Part shown: positions 20,771 through 31,059 of the stretch, one piece after another
Numbering within the stretch: position 1 is the first letter of the stretch
Layout of the letters: each line of letters opens with the position of its first letter
Origin: an uncultured bacterium
Lineage (GTDB): Bacteria > Zhuqueibacterota > QNDG01 > DTFT01
DNA length: 64,000 nt
Direction: 5' to 3'
NCBI GenBank assembly: GCA_963736115.1
Contig: CAVTNR010000027.1
Location: 64,001 to 128,000, forward strand
The notes under the pieces: generated by a model
Seen by the model: the letters and a program-made list of their open reading frames with translations, nothing else
The model's database searches: none
What the model was told of the DNA's origin: nothing
Made by a program: the position numbers and the translations under genes

Positions 20771-21169
20771 TCATCGGACAGGTCCCGTGGAATCTTCCAT
20801 ATTGTAAATTCGCTCCATCAATCTCCATTTCTCCCCCGCCGTAGACTCCGCGGATGCGGCCTGGAACCGCGACATACTCGCTTCCCATTCGGCTTGCCGA
20901 GGTTTTCCCGCCAGTTCGGCCATGGCGCGGTCATGATCGAAATCCGGAACCGTGTCCATGATCATGAACAACCGGTATCCGTCCCTGTAGATTTGCATGT
21001 CGAGGATGCCGACTTCCCTCATGCCCCTCGTGATTTCCGGCCAACAGGCCCCGGGCGCGTGGGCTTCTTTATACGCCTGCATGAGAGTCGGATCCGCTTT
21101 CAACTCCAGCGTCTTGCAGTACCGTTTGATTTCCCTCGTATTTTTCAAATCTGTTTTAACCGTGGTCAT
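20771..21169 (-). CDS. L-rhamnose/L-fucose mutarotase family protein
   Basis: KRYCKTLELKADP..AYKEAH..WPEITRGMREVGILDMQIY...RQAEWE...W.LMERIY. Confidence 0.88.
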   Translation of the reverse strand: MTTVKTDLKNTREIKRYCKTLELKADPTLMQAYKEAHAPGACWPEITRGMREVGILDMQIYRDGYRLFMIMDTVPDFDHDRAMAELAGKPRQAEWEASMSRFQAASAESTAGEKWRLMERIYNMEDSTGPVR

Positions 21170-21239
21170 CGGTTGTTTCCTCCCGCATTGATACGAATAG
21201 CAGTGATAGCCGGCTGGCACGGACCCGCGCCTGTATCCC

Positions 21240-22550
21240 TTACCGGATAAGGGAAGTTGATTCTGCATGTTCCTTTTTCTTCAGCCAGTCCGTGAATTCG
21301 ACTTCGATTTTTTCTTCCTTCAGCCGCATCACGTGATGCTTCTGACGGGTTAAAAGCCCCCATAAGGTCCTCCCCCATCGGGCCAATAAATCCTTCCATC
21401 GAACCGGATAGAACAGCAGAATGCGCCATGAACCGGGAGAGGCCGGGTACATCAGGGCCATGATGCGGGCAGGCGGAAAAAGAGCCCGGATCATCGCGGA
21501 CCACCTGTCCCGCGAGTTTCCGGCGCTCCACGACCGAATCAGATCATCCGGCAGAACCCGCGCATTCCCGTTTGTCGAAAAGATATTGTGTATCGCGAAC
21601 GCACGGTATTCGGAATGAAGATCCCGGGGCTCCAGCGACTTCAGCGCCGTCTCCGGAACCGGAGCGCCCAGCAGATCCCGGCAGAGTGTCAATGTCAGCC
21701 AAACGCTCTTTTGGACGCCCCATTCAAGGGCGCGGGCCGATACATCCGACCAGGACAGGTTGTCCGTAGTGCTTCGGATAGTCTCGAATATATCCACAAG
21801 CGGACGCAGGCCGAACCGGAACCGGTGAGCGACGGACGCGTGGAGGCATAGATGGAGGAGCGCGTCGGCCGGCGACAGAACGAGCGCGTCCGCATCCGCA
21901 ACGGTCGCCGGCACGGCGCGACCCCAGAGCGCGTCTGCGTCGATCGTGAAGGGGTCGCTGGCCCGGGCCAGAGACGCATGGAGATCGACTTTCAGACGCC
22001 ACTCGGGATGGAACAGATCGAAAAAATGCTTGGCGCCCCGGAGAAAACCCTGCTTCTCCTCAGTCGTCCATTCCTGCCAGAAGGAAGCGGAGGCATTCAT
22101 CGGCCTGAAACCCGAGCCGAGCAGGCGTTCCGATGCTTCCGGGATGGAATCCGGACGTAGAAGCAGATCCAGGTCTCCCATCGACCTGAGGGTGATATCG
22201 CCGTAAACGGCTTCCGCCAGATGGGCGCCTTTCAGGACAATGACCGGGATGCCGGCGGCCTTTAAAATGCGGAGAGTTCGGGAAATGCCGTGAAAAAGCC
22301 GGATATTCTGCGATGCGTCCGTCAGGATCGTTTTACGGAGACAATCAAAAACAGCTGTCGGTACGGTTACAGCCGGATCCGTTTCCTTCAGCCTGCGGTT
22401 CAGGTAGGCGGACAGTCCGTGGCGCTCCGCCTGCCCGAGGCATTCGAACCAGTCGCGCTCGGACCATCGGCACAGAACCCGGCTCCTCTCCGCGAAGTCG
22501 CAGCAGGCGAGGCAGTCCAGCAGGCGGCGGTCAGGGCCTGGGTCAAGCAT
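21240..22550 (-). CDS. Nucleotidyltransferase family protein (NTP_transf_5 type, RiPP-cluster associated)
   Basis: IPVIVLKGAHLAEAVY..RSMGDLDLL, VDLH, LLHLCLHA, LRPLVDI. Confidence 0.85.
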   Translation of the reverse strand: MLDPGPDRRLLDCLACCDFAERSRVLCRWSERDWFECLGQAERHGLSAYLNRRLKETDPAVTVPTAVFDCLRKTILTDASQNIRLFHGISRTLRILKAAGIPVIVLKGAHLAEAVYGDITLRSMGDLDLLLRPDSIPEASERLLGSGFRPMNASASFWQEWTTEEKQGFLRGAKHFFDLFHPEWRLKVDLHASLARASDPFTIDADALWGRAVPATVADADALVLSPADALLHLCLHASVAHRFRFGLRPLVDIFETIRSTTDNLSWSDVSARALEWGVQKSVWLTLTLCRDLLGAPVPETALKSLEPRDLHSEYRAFAIHNIFSTNGNARVLPDDLIRSWSAGNSRDRWSAMIRALFPPARIMALMYPASPGSWRILLFYPVRWKDLLARWGRTLWGLLTRQKHHVMRLKEEKIEVEFTDWLKKKEHAESTSLIR

Positions 22551-22562
22551 GGCCGTCTTCCT

Positions 22563-24380
22563 TCACCTGTAATTCCGCGCCTGCGCCTCAAACATGCGCG
22601 CATACATGCCGCCTCTCCGGATGAGTTCGTCGTGCGAACCGTTTTCAAAAACGGACCCGTTCTCGATGACGACGATCCGGTCGGCCATGCGGACCGTGGA
22701 GAAACGGTGACTGATGAGAAGAGCGGTACGATCCCTTGCGAGTTTTCGGAATCGCTGGAACACCTCGGTTTCGGATTTCGCGTCCAAAGAACTGGTCGGC
22801 TCGTCCAGCACGAGGATCTGGCCGGACTTGAAGAACGCCCGCGCCAGTGCCATCTTCTGCCATTCTCCGACACTCAGCTCCTCGCCGTTCTCGAACCATT
22901 TGCCGAGCATGGTGTCGAACCCGCGGGGCAGCGCCTCGAGCGTGCGGTCCGCGCCCGCCTCAGCCGCGGCCGCACGGAGACGGTCCTCGTCCTTCCGCGC
23001 CCGAACGTCGCCGAACCAGATGTTCTCGCCCGCGGTTGCGTGATAGCGCGCGTAGTCCTGCAGAATCACGCTGATTTCCCTCCTGAGTCCGTCCGGGTCG
23101 TATTTCCGGAGCGGGACGCCGTCTATCGTGATTTCCCCCTGATCCGGGTCGTACAGGCGGCACAGCAGTTTGACCAGAGTCGTTTTTCCGGCCCCGTTGT
23201 TCCCCACCAGTGCGACATGTTCTCCTGCGCGAATGGATAGGGACAGGCCGGAAAAGACCTTCCGACTGCCGCCCGGATAGCCGAAGGAAACATGGCTGAA
23301 GCGGATGCCCTTGCGGATGGGTTTCGGGAAGGGTCGCGGCCGGGCCGGGGGCCGGATGCGAGGCCGGATATCCAGAAACTCGTAGAAATTGGACAGGAAG
23401 AGATTGTCCTCGTAGAGTCCCGCCAGCCCGGATAGAAGCTGCTGCAGGTGTCCCTGTCCTCGCTGAAAAGCTTGAAAGTACATGAACAGATCGCCTATGG
23501 TGATCCGGCCCGTGACCGCCTGATGCGCGATGAACGCATAAGAACCGTAGATGGCCGCGGTGGCGCCGGCCTGCGCGAGAAAGTCGGCCATGGAACGCCT
23601 CGCCGAAAGCGCCAGTCTATCCCGCCGGAGGATCCGTCTCATGCCGCGGAACCGCTCCCGGAACAGGCCTCCCAGCCCGAAGAGACGGATTTCCTTGGCG
23701 TGCTGGTCGCCTGTCAGCATCCAGTGATGATACCAGGCTTTGCGCTCGGCATGCGTGTGCTCCCTCTGCCAGCGGAACAGGATTCCGGAAAACCGCATCC
23801 GGACGATGATGCCGGGCGCCACGGCCACGAAGAGCACCGCCGCGACCGCCCAGTGCAGGGTGACCAGGAGCCCGGCCATGGCCGCCAGGGAAAGCCCGTT
23901 CATGCCGACCTGGGCCAGCCCGTTAACGATTCGTGTCGGCCTGGAGGGCGCCTCCTGCTGGGCGCGATGCAGGGTGTCGAAATATTTCGGATTTTCGTAA
24001 TAGGCGAGGTCGATTTCCACGGATTTTTCATGCAGAATATCGGAGATCCGGTCCGTGACGATCATGGCCTGGTTCTCTGCGATCAGGTCCGAAACGGATC
24101 GGAGCAGGGCTGAAGCGAGGGCGACCAGCCCGGTCCAGGCGAGAAGCGCCGCCACGCGGCCGAAAGCCGCGGACTTGTCCGGAGCCGAAATTCCGGCCAC
24201 CACGGAATCGATCATCAGTTTTGTCAGATAGAGGGAAAGAAGCGGAAGGAGCCCCTGAACAGCCAGCAGAAAGGCATTGGCGACCGTCCATCCCCGAGCG
24301 GTCTGCCAGACCAGCCGGAGCGCGCGGCCGAGACGGAGGGTGTAGCGGATCCGGGATCGTGTGTGACGGGTTCGGGTCAT
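22563..24380 (-). CDS. ABC exporter, fused permease/ATPase
   Basis: N-terminal TM helices; GNNGAGKTT, LSVGEWQK, LDEPTSSLD, ISHRFSTVR. Confidence 0.95.
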   Translation of the reverse strand: MTRTRHTRSRIRYTLRLGRALRLVWQTARGWTVANAFLLAVQGLLPLLSLYLTKLMIDSVVAGISAPDKSAAFGRVAALLAWTGLVALASALLRSVSDLIAENQAMIVTDRISDILHEKSVEIDLAYYENPKYFDTLHRAQQEAPSRPTRIVNGLAQVGMNGLSLAAMAGLLVTLHWAVAAVLFVAVAPGIIVRMRFSGILFRWQREHTHAERKAWYHHWMLTGDQHAKEIRLFGLGGLFRERFRGMRRILRRDRLALSARRSMADFLAQAGATAAIYGSYAFIAHQAVTGRITIGDLFMYFQAFQRGQGHLQQLLSGLAGLYEDNLFLSNFYEFLDIRPRIRPPARPRPFPKPIRKGIRFSHVSFGYPGGSRKVFSGLSLSIRAGEHVALVGNNGAGKTTLVKLLCRLYDPDQGEITIDGVPLRKYDPDGLRREISVILQDYARYHATAGENIWFGDVRARKDEDRLRAAAAEAGADRTLEALPRGFDTMLGKWFENGEELSVGEWQKMALARAFFKSGQILVLDEPTSSLDAKSETEVFQRFRKLARDRTALLISHRFSTVRMADRIVVIENGSVFENGSHDELIRRGGMYARMFEAQARNYR

Positions 24381-24444
24381 CCGATTCGGAAAGATGGATG
24401 TTGGGTTCGGGTCCTCGGTTTTCGGCGTTTAATGACCGCCCGGC

Positions 24445-24753
24445 TCAACCGGTCCCCTTGACGGTCAGCAGACGCCGCCCGGTCATTTCCTCGATGAATT
24501 CAATGATATCGGCCTGCAGTTCCGACTCGGGAACGTCGAACTCGCCGGCCACAAGCGATGCCACTTCCGTCAGTGTCCGCTGTCCGTCCAGCTTCAGCCA
24601 GATCGACCGGCCCGTGTCGTTCAGCGTGTAAAATTCCTCGTCAGCATCGCCGGCTCCGGAAAAGAGCGGAACGATGATGACTTCTCCCTCGATCTCCCTG
24701 GCGGCCACTTCCTCTGACGGCAGGCACACCGCGTTCATACTCAAGACGGCCAT
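24445..24753 (-). CDS. PqqD-family / RiPP recognition element protein
   Basis: AREIEGEVIIVP...YTLNDTGRSIWLKLDGQRTL...EFDV...LQADIIEFIEEM...LL; SD GGAGG. Confidence 0.9.
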   Translation of the reverse strand: MAVLSMNAVCLPSEEVAAREIEGEVIIVPLFSGAGDADEEFYTLNDTGRSIWLKLDGQRTLTEVASLVAGEFDVPESELQADIIEFIEEMTGRRLLTVKGTG

Positions 24754-24894
24754 ATCGGTCCTCCGCTGGAATCGGCGGAAAAACCCTCAAAAGACCGGGG
24801 AAAAACGGATCCCCGATCCTCCGGCCGGTCGTCTCCTTTATTGATTGATAGACCGGCCTGTTTTTCCGGCGCCGTTCCGTCTGACCGGACGGAT

Positions 24895-24936
24895 AAAGAA
24901 AAATTCCTCGTGGCGCTCAAAGGCGCCACGAGGAAT
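24895..24936 (-). terminator. Intrinsic terminator after cold-shock gene
   Basis: 14-bp perfect stem ATTCCTCGTGGCGC/GCGCCACGAGGAAT followed by TTTTCTTT on the minus strand. Confidence 0.85.
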
Positions 24937-24957
24937 ACTGCAGAGTGCTCCAAAAGA

Positions 24958-25170
24958 TTATTCCGGAATCACATTCGCCGCTTGCGGGCCTTTCTGGCCC
25001 TGGGTCACTTCCATCGTTACTTTCTGACCTTCCTTCAGCGACTTGAAGCCCTGGACCTGTATGGCTGAATGATGCACAAACACGTCCGGTCCGCCTTCCT
25101 GCTGGATGAAACCGAAACCCTTGGAGTCGTTGAACCACTTGACTGTTCCGCTGATTCTCTCGCCGCCCAT
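24958..25170 (-). CDS. Cold-shock protein (CspA family)
   Basis: [45 protein letters not shown]. Confidence 0.97.
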   Translation of the reverse strand: MGGERISGTVKWFNDSKGFGFIQQEGGPDVFVHHSAIQVQGFKSLKEGQKVTMEVTQGQKGPQAANVIPE

Positions 25171-25278
25171 GCTTTCCTCTTTTTTTTTGGTTTAACAATG
25201 TTCCGGCGGACCGGTTGAACCATCCGTCCGGATGATAAGTTTCCTGAATGAAAAAGTTCCTCCTTCCGCACCCTCCTC

Positions 25279-25431
25279 TTATTCCGCGGCCGGAACGGTT
25301 CCGTCCGAGGAGACGGTCGTTTCCGCGGTGCCGGTTTTCTTCTCCGCCTTTTTCAGCCTCTTCTCTTCCTTCTTCTTCTGTTTGGCCAGGTCTTTCTGCC
25401 GTTTCTCGAATTTATAATTGGGTTTGATCAC
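25279..25431 (-). CDS. Small Lys/Glu-rich protein (50 aa)
   Basis: GTG start 7 nt after SD AAGGAG; IKPNYKFEKRQKDLAKQKKKEEK resembles a widespread small-protein type often found near csp genes. Confidence 0.7.
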   Translation of the reverse strand: MIKPNYKFEKRQKDLAKQKKKEEKRLKKAEKKTGTAETTVSSDGTVPAAE

Positions 25432-25544
25432 CAGCCGCTCCTTTTGGAAGATTTCCGAACCCCATCCCCCTACTTGATCAGATGTACCAAATTTTATTAA
25501 TATACTTAGAATTCTGCTCTTACACAAGCAAAAACAGAATATAA

Positions 25545-25579
25545 CAAAACGCCCGGGAGGACGACCCCCTCCCGGAGCG
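25545..25579 (-). terminator. Possible terminator at left edge of island
   Basis: Stem CCGGGAGG/CCTCCCGG followed by GCGTTTTGTT on the minus strand. Confidence 0.45.
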
Positions 25580-25864
25580 CCGGGTTATTCGTGGCATTGA
25601 TAAAAGATCAATCCAACTCGGATTCCGAATCTCCGCTTCTCCCGGAACCAGGTGAGGACCATCTGCGTCCGATTCTGCGGGAATGAGACGGATCGGCTTG
25701 GGATTCCGCCGGCAGGACGGTGACAGAATCCTCCTCGATCGCCTTAATATCGGACAGGTCACTCCATTCTCTTAATGCTTTGTTTTTATTTTGCTTACAG
25801 ATTATTTTTCTCTGAAGTGGGCCTGCACACGGCGATCTCCGGCGGGCATCAAAAATCGCGGGCA

Positions 25865-26284
25865 TCATTCCATCCCGCCGAATCCGGAAAAATGCCTGTT
25901 TATCCTGGCCGACACCTGGCGATCCGTCATTTTATCCGCGGTCTCGATGCTGACCACCTGCCCGCGAAAATGTTTACGCTGGAGGCGTTTTTCAATTTCG
26001 CCCTTCGCCTCTCCCGGACCGAAGATCAGAACGGCTTCCGCGCCGCGAAAGGCCGAGATGACCTCATCATAGTACTGGTTGAGATTGTTCGAAAACCGCC
26101 TGTCTCGGGTGGATTCGTACGAGCCCCGATAAGCCCCGTAAGGGGTTTTTGAATGATGGTCTCCTGAAAACCGGGCATTCTTCTCGGTGTTCGATAAAAT
26201 CAGTTTTTTCTCTTCCCTGCCGTCTGTGACGATCACCAAAACGGCCTTCTGATGATCGATCCACAAACCCGCTTGTTTTTTCAT
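25865..26284 (-). CDS. Small eRF1-middle-domain-like (baeRF-related) protein
   Basis: MKKQAGLWIDHQKAVLV...LNQYYDEVI...VLIFGPGEAKGE...ETADKMTDRQV; SD GAAGGAG before ATG 26284. Confidence 0.7.
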   Translation of the reverse strand: MKKQAGLWIDHQKAVLVIVTDGREEKKLILSNTEKNARFSGDHHSKTPYGAYRGSYESTRDRRFSNNLNQYYDEVISAFRGAEAVLIFGPGEAKGEIEKRLQRKHFRGQVVSIETADKMTDRQVSARINRHFSGFGGME

Positions 26285-26486
26285 GTCATTCTCCTTCACG
26301 CATGATAACCTGGATCCCGTTCGAATTGAATGCTCCCTCCCCGTTCTGTCGATAAGTCACCCGACTGCAGAACGTCCATTTTCATGGGGGGAACGATATT
26401 TATCGTGCCGTCCGCGTGGACTCCGGACGTTATGTCCAGAGACACAACTCTCCGTTTCTGTAAATGTACTTTTCCGCCTGGGCTCG

Positions 26487-27430
26487 TCAACCATTCGGCT
26501 GAAGACGATCCAGCAAGGCGCGGACGCTTCCGGTGGCCAGGCCGATGCTTGAATCCGCGGCGCCGTAATACAGGTGGAGTGAGTCGCCATCGGGGGCAAT
26601 GGTGTAGCCGCACGGAAAGACCACGTTGTCGACGTCCCCATCCTTTCGTAAGGTTCCTCTGGGCCGAATATCCACTCGTCGCCGCGCTCGAAGGCACCTC
26701 TCCGGGTTCTCAAGATCGAACAGCGCCAGACCGAGCCGGTAAATGCAGCCGGCTGCCGTCTGTCGGACGCCGTGGTAGATCACCAGCCAGCCCTGCGGCG
26801 TTTCGATGGGCGGAGGCCAAACCGATTTTATTCGCGTCCCACCAGCCGCCCGCGCCGGGCTTCCAGCATCAGCTTGTGACTGCCCCAGTGACCGCAGGTC
26901 GGGAGAATAGGAGATCCACATGTGAGCGATGGGAGAATTGACCGGTCGGTGGATCAAAGCCCAATGTCCCTCAATCCGATCGAGGCAGGAGGGCGGCGTC
27001 TTTGTCTTCCGGCTGCATGATCAGCCCGAAGCGATCGAAGGTGCGAAAATCTTCAGTGAGCGCCAGCGCCACGCCCGGGCCGTCACGGGTGTAGGCGGTG
27101 TAGACGACGGCATACCGTCCCATTTCGGGGACGAACGTGATGCGGGGATCTTCGATTCCCCACAGTTCTTCAGGATGGTGCTCGGGATCGGCCATCAGCG
27201 TGGGATGGCTGTCAATCTGCCAGTCATCTACTGCCGTTGGCGGATCGAGCCGCGCACAGGTGGGAATGTCCGGTGCGATCTTCGACGCGGCACAGGAGCA
27301 GGGTGGTTCCGTCGGAGAGCAGAACGTGCGCCCGGATTGAACACGCTGTTGACCGGATACGGCCATTCAGCGGCGGTTAAAATGGGATTTAGTTTATGAC
27401 GGCGAAAAGGTCAGGATGGAGATCGTTCAT
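26487..27430 (-). pseudogene. GH130-family glycosidase/phosphorylase, multiply frameshifted
   Basis: Reconstructed across frames: NPILTAAEWPYPVNSVFNPGA, LLLCRVED, WGIEDPRIT, PEDKDAALLP, GWLVIYHGV, DVDNVVFPCG, LYYGAADS. ATG 27430 overlaps the upstream stop (ATGA). Confidence 0.8.
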
Positions 27431-29726
27431 TTTGCGGGGTTCTCCAATGGGGATAATACGTTCTCGATGAGACGCAGTTCCAGCAGGGCCTGGAGAAAGG
27501 CCAGCGTGGATTCCGCGCCCTCGTTCTCGTTCGCGCGATCAGGATGCAGACCGTCGCGGCAGCCGCCCGTCGTCGGATCGTACACCGGGCAGGTTCAAGT
27601 CGTTGCGCCCGAGGAACCATTCAAAGGCGCGGCTGGCTTCCGGGCGCCAGTGCCTGTCGCCAGTGACCCGGAACGCTGCCAGACAGGCCGAGACCATGGC
27701 CTGGGCTTCTACCGGCTGTTGATCGAACCGGGCCCGCTCGCCCCCCCTCGGATAAAATCCGTTGGATCCGATCGGAACAAAATGGCGGCCCCCGGTATCC
27801 GACCGCTGCAATTCGGCCAGCCAGGAGAGGGACTCCAGTCCGGCTTCGGTCATTTCGGGGTGGGGTATCGCCTGGCCGCATAGAAGCAAGGCATGCGGCA
27901 GTGCGGCGTTGCAGTAGGTCAGCTTGTCTTCATACCATCGCCAATCATCCGAACGGTGCCGCCGATACAGTGCCAGCAGCCGTCCTGACAATTCATCCCG
28001 GACCTGGCCGGCCCTTCGGTCGCCGGCAAATCGCTGCAGGTACTCATGGATGCCGATCAAGCGCGAAAGCCCAGGCCCGCGGGCTGGTCGTAGCGATAAT
28101 GGCGGGTAATGCCAGTTCGAACACCCGGCCTGCCATACTCTGCAGAGCCGGCGTGTTGGAGCGACCCAGAACGGTACCCAGTGCCCACAGGGTGCGGCCG
28201 TGGCTGTCGTCCGAACCTCCGGCCTCCAGCCAGTGCCGCTGGTAATCCATGAAATTGCGGAAATGCCCGGTTTCCGAATCAAAGGCATACCAGATGAAAG
28301 CGAGATACCGGGAGGCCAGGTCCGGGGCTTCTCCGTTGCCCATGGCTTCCAGGAGCGTGCTCACCATGAGCGCACGGGCGTTGTCGTCAAGGGTGTAGCC
28401 CTCACGGTAGTTGGGGACCGTAAAAATGGCATGCTGCAGAATGCCGGTTTCGTCCGTCATGTGGTGCAGGTGATCCAGCTTGAGAGGCGGCAGTTCACCC
28501 GGACGTTTGTCAAGCGGTTTGACCGCGAAGTCCGATTGGGCATAATGACGGCGTTCCAGCCGCGCGCGTTCAAAACATTCCATGTAGCGCCGCGAAACCT
28601 GCGGCCAGATCATCTCACGCCCGAATACATAGGCGCGCTTCCGCATGGCGTGACGCTCGGAATCGTTGTCCAGAAGGGCAATGATCCCGTCCGCCAGAGC
28701 CGCCGGATCGCGGAACGGCACCAGAACTCCCCGTCCTTCTGCCAGCATTTCTTCCGCGTACCAGTAAGGCGTGGAAATCACCGCCTTTCCCGCGCCTACT
28801 GTGTAGGCGAGCGTGCCGGACGTGATTTGCGCTGCATTGAGGTAAGGCGTAATGTAGACATCCGTCGCGCCGATGAACTGAACGAGCTCTTCCAGACTGA
28901 CAAAGCGGTTATAGAAAATGACCTGCCCTTCCACGCCTTTCTCCTGGGCGAGCCATTGCAGGGAAAGCCGGTACGTCTCGCCATCCTTCCGCAGGACGTG
29001 AGGATGGGTTGCGCCGAGGACGATGTACACCACATTCGGATGACTGGCCAAAATGACGGGCAGAGCCGCAATGACGTTTTCGATCCCTTTGTTCGGCGAA
29101 AGCAATCCGAAACTGAGCAGGACGTTTTTCCCCTCGACGCCGAATAGATCCTTGTTGAAACTCGGGTCGACGAACGGGACATCCGGAATACCGTGCGGAA
29201 TCAGGTCGATTTTTCCAGGTGGAATGCCGTAGATCTCCCGCAGAAATTCGGAGCCTCTCCGGCTCATGACGACCATCCGATCGGAGAGAGCCGCGACTTC
29301 CTCCAGCACCCGTTTCTGATCGGGGTCCGGATCTCGCAGGATGGTGTGCAGGGTCGTGACGATGGGCATCCGCAGTTCCCGCAGGAAGGCGATGATATGA
29401 CTACCCGCGCTTCCTCCGAAAATACCGTACTCGTGCTGCAGGGATACCAGGTCGACATTGTTGATGTTGATAAAATCGGCGGCGCGTCGATAGGATTCGA
29501 TATCCTTCTCCGTCAGTTCGAAACGGACACGGGGCGGATAATCGTACCCGGCTTCGGTGTCATTAACCGGAAGGGCGATGCAGGTCGTTTCCCTGAATTC
29601 TCCGGCAATCGCTTCGCATAAGTCAGTGGTAAATGTGGCGATTCCGCATTGTCGCGGCATATAGTTGCCGATAAATGCAATTCGTTTGATGGTTGAAGCG
29701 GTTGAATTTGGATCCATTAGAGACAA
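27427..29726 (-). pseudogene. GT4 glycosyltransferase fused to C-terminal (alpha/alpha)6-like domain, two frameshifts
   Basis: IAFIGNYMPRQCGIATFT, QHEYGIFGG, FGLLSPNKGIE, SGTLAY; C-terminal [31 protein letters not shown]. Frame breaks near 28060 and 27587. Confidence 0.8.
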
Positions 29727-29990
29727 CTCTTTTCAGATGATCGACCGTTCAATCGGGCGGGTGATGGTGAGTCGTGGGTACTCCCCTTGGTTTCAACCGA
29801 CAGCTTGATGATCTTATGGCCTCCGGCGAACGGAGTCGGGCGTTTTCCGCCATCAGCAATCGCAATCGGAGTGCTGACTTCAATTCGGTGATTCTCCCGG
29901 AATATCCGAAAGGGAATATAAAAGGAGCGGGCTGCCTTCAAATAGGATTGATCGATCCCGAAGTCATACAGCCCGCACCCTGAAAACACT

Positions 29991-30155
29991 CTACAGACCT
30001 TTTACCAGATTCCCGAGAGCCAACACGATAAATCCGATCAAAACCATCGCAAAAGCGTAACCGGTGTGGATAACCCCCTGAGACGCGAGTGCTCCGAGTA
30101 TCGCCAGAATGACAGCGATAAAAAACGTGATTTCTTTGGGAGGCGTGAGTTTCAT
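29991..30155 (-). CDS. Small two-TM membrane protein (54 aa, not in ORF track)
   Basis: MKLTPPKEITFFIAVILAILGALASQGVIHTGYAFAMVLIGFIVLALGNLVKGL; SD AAGGAG. Confidence 0.75.
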   Translation of the reverse strand: MKLTPPKEITFFIAVILAILGALASQGVIHTGYAFAMVLIGFIVLALGNLVKGL

Positions 30156-30379
30156 GATTTTCTTCTCCTTCTGTTTTGGATTGATGAGCCTTTCAAGACC
30201 TTGTGGTCGAATGACCGGTTAGAAAGAGATGGCTCAGTAATACTTCACCTTCAAAACACCCGAGTCTGGGATCTGTTTTTATGTCTATCTTGCTCGGATT
30301 TAGATATGTCTCCATTATAATCCGGCTGTTCGGACCATCAAAGACGCGCTTAGCGAATCCGTTTTAGAATCCGGAGATT

Positions 30380-31021
30380 CTATTGCTGGGCCATTTCGAC
30401 ACTGGCGACATTGACGGCCTCTTGAACGCGATTCAAAGCATCCTTTAAACTGACGCCCTCCTGTAGAACCTTGACGGTGATCGGCAGAATCGAATCGACT
30501 CCTTTCAGGGTCAGGTCGTTTGAGAGAAATTTCTGTATCTCTTTCATGTCCGACATGTATGTCTGAAAAACGCCTTTGACTCCGATGCTTTCTTCGGCGA
30601 TCTTTCCATACACTTCACCCAACTCGACCCGGCGCTGTTCACTGAGCGCATGGATCTGCGGATTGGTGTATGCGTCTCCCTGTTTCTTCCATTCCGCAAA
30701 ATACTCCTTTCCGCGAGTCTTCATCTCATCAGCATGGACGGTGAACCTCTTCTCCATCTCATCCATCTTGACCACGTTTGCGGAATAGGCGTCAAATGCG
30801 GACTTGACATCGGACTGTCCCACCCGAGTCAGGTTATTCAGTGACGCTCCCGTTGCATCCAACTGAACGGCGACAACCGAAATCTCCTCGGACACGGTCT
30901 GCATTGTGGTTGTTGCTTTCTCCGATCGCTCCATCCCGGTTGTCGCGCATCCCGTGAGGAAGGCTGACATGCCAATCAGAATTGCGAATGGCGGAAGCAT
31001 GGATCGTTTCTCGTTTTTCAT
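30380..31021 (-). CDS. DUF2959-like helical lipoprotein
   Basis: Lipobox LTGC; YFAEWKKQ..YTNPQI, MKEIQKFLSNDLT. Confidence 0.7.
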   Translation of the reverse strand: MKNEKRSMLPPFAILIGMSAFLTGCATTGMERSEKATTTMQTVSEEISVVAVQLDATGASLNNLTRVGQSDVKSAFDAYSANVVKMDEMEKRFTVHADEMKTRGKEYFAEWKKQGDAYTNPQIHALSEQRRVELGEVYGKIAEESIGVKGVFQTYMSDMKEIQKFLSNDLTLKGVDSILPITVKVLQEGVSLKDALNRVQEAVNVASVEMAQQ

Positions 31022-31059
31022 TTGATTTTCCTTTTGTTTTTCGTTTCCGTTGAAATTCA

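Noticed and set aside
24741-24953. 70-aa ORF as a candidate RiPP precursor
   Set aside because: Runs through the csp terminator, has no SD, and shows no leader or core motif.
25279-25431. Lys-rich small protein as RiPP precursor
   Set aside because: Separated from pqqD by csp and a terminator; resembles a generic csp-associated small protein.
25540-25860. tRNA or att site at the island's left edge
   Set aside because: No cloverleaf or T-loop motif seen, no direct repeat matching the right edge found by eye, and no integrase in the window.
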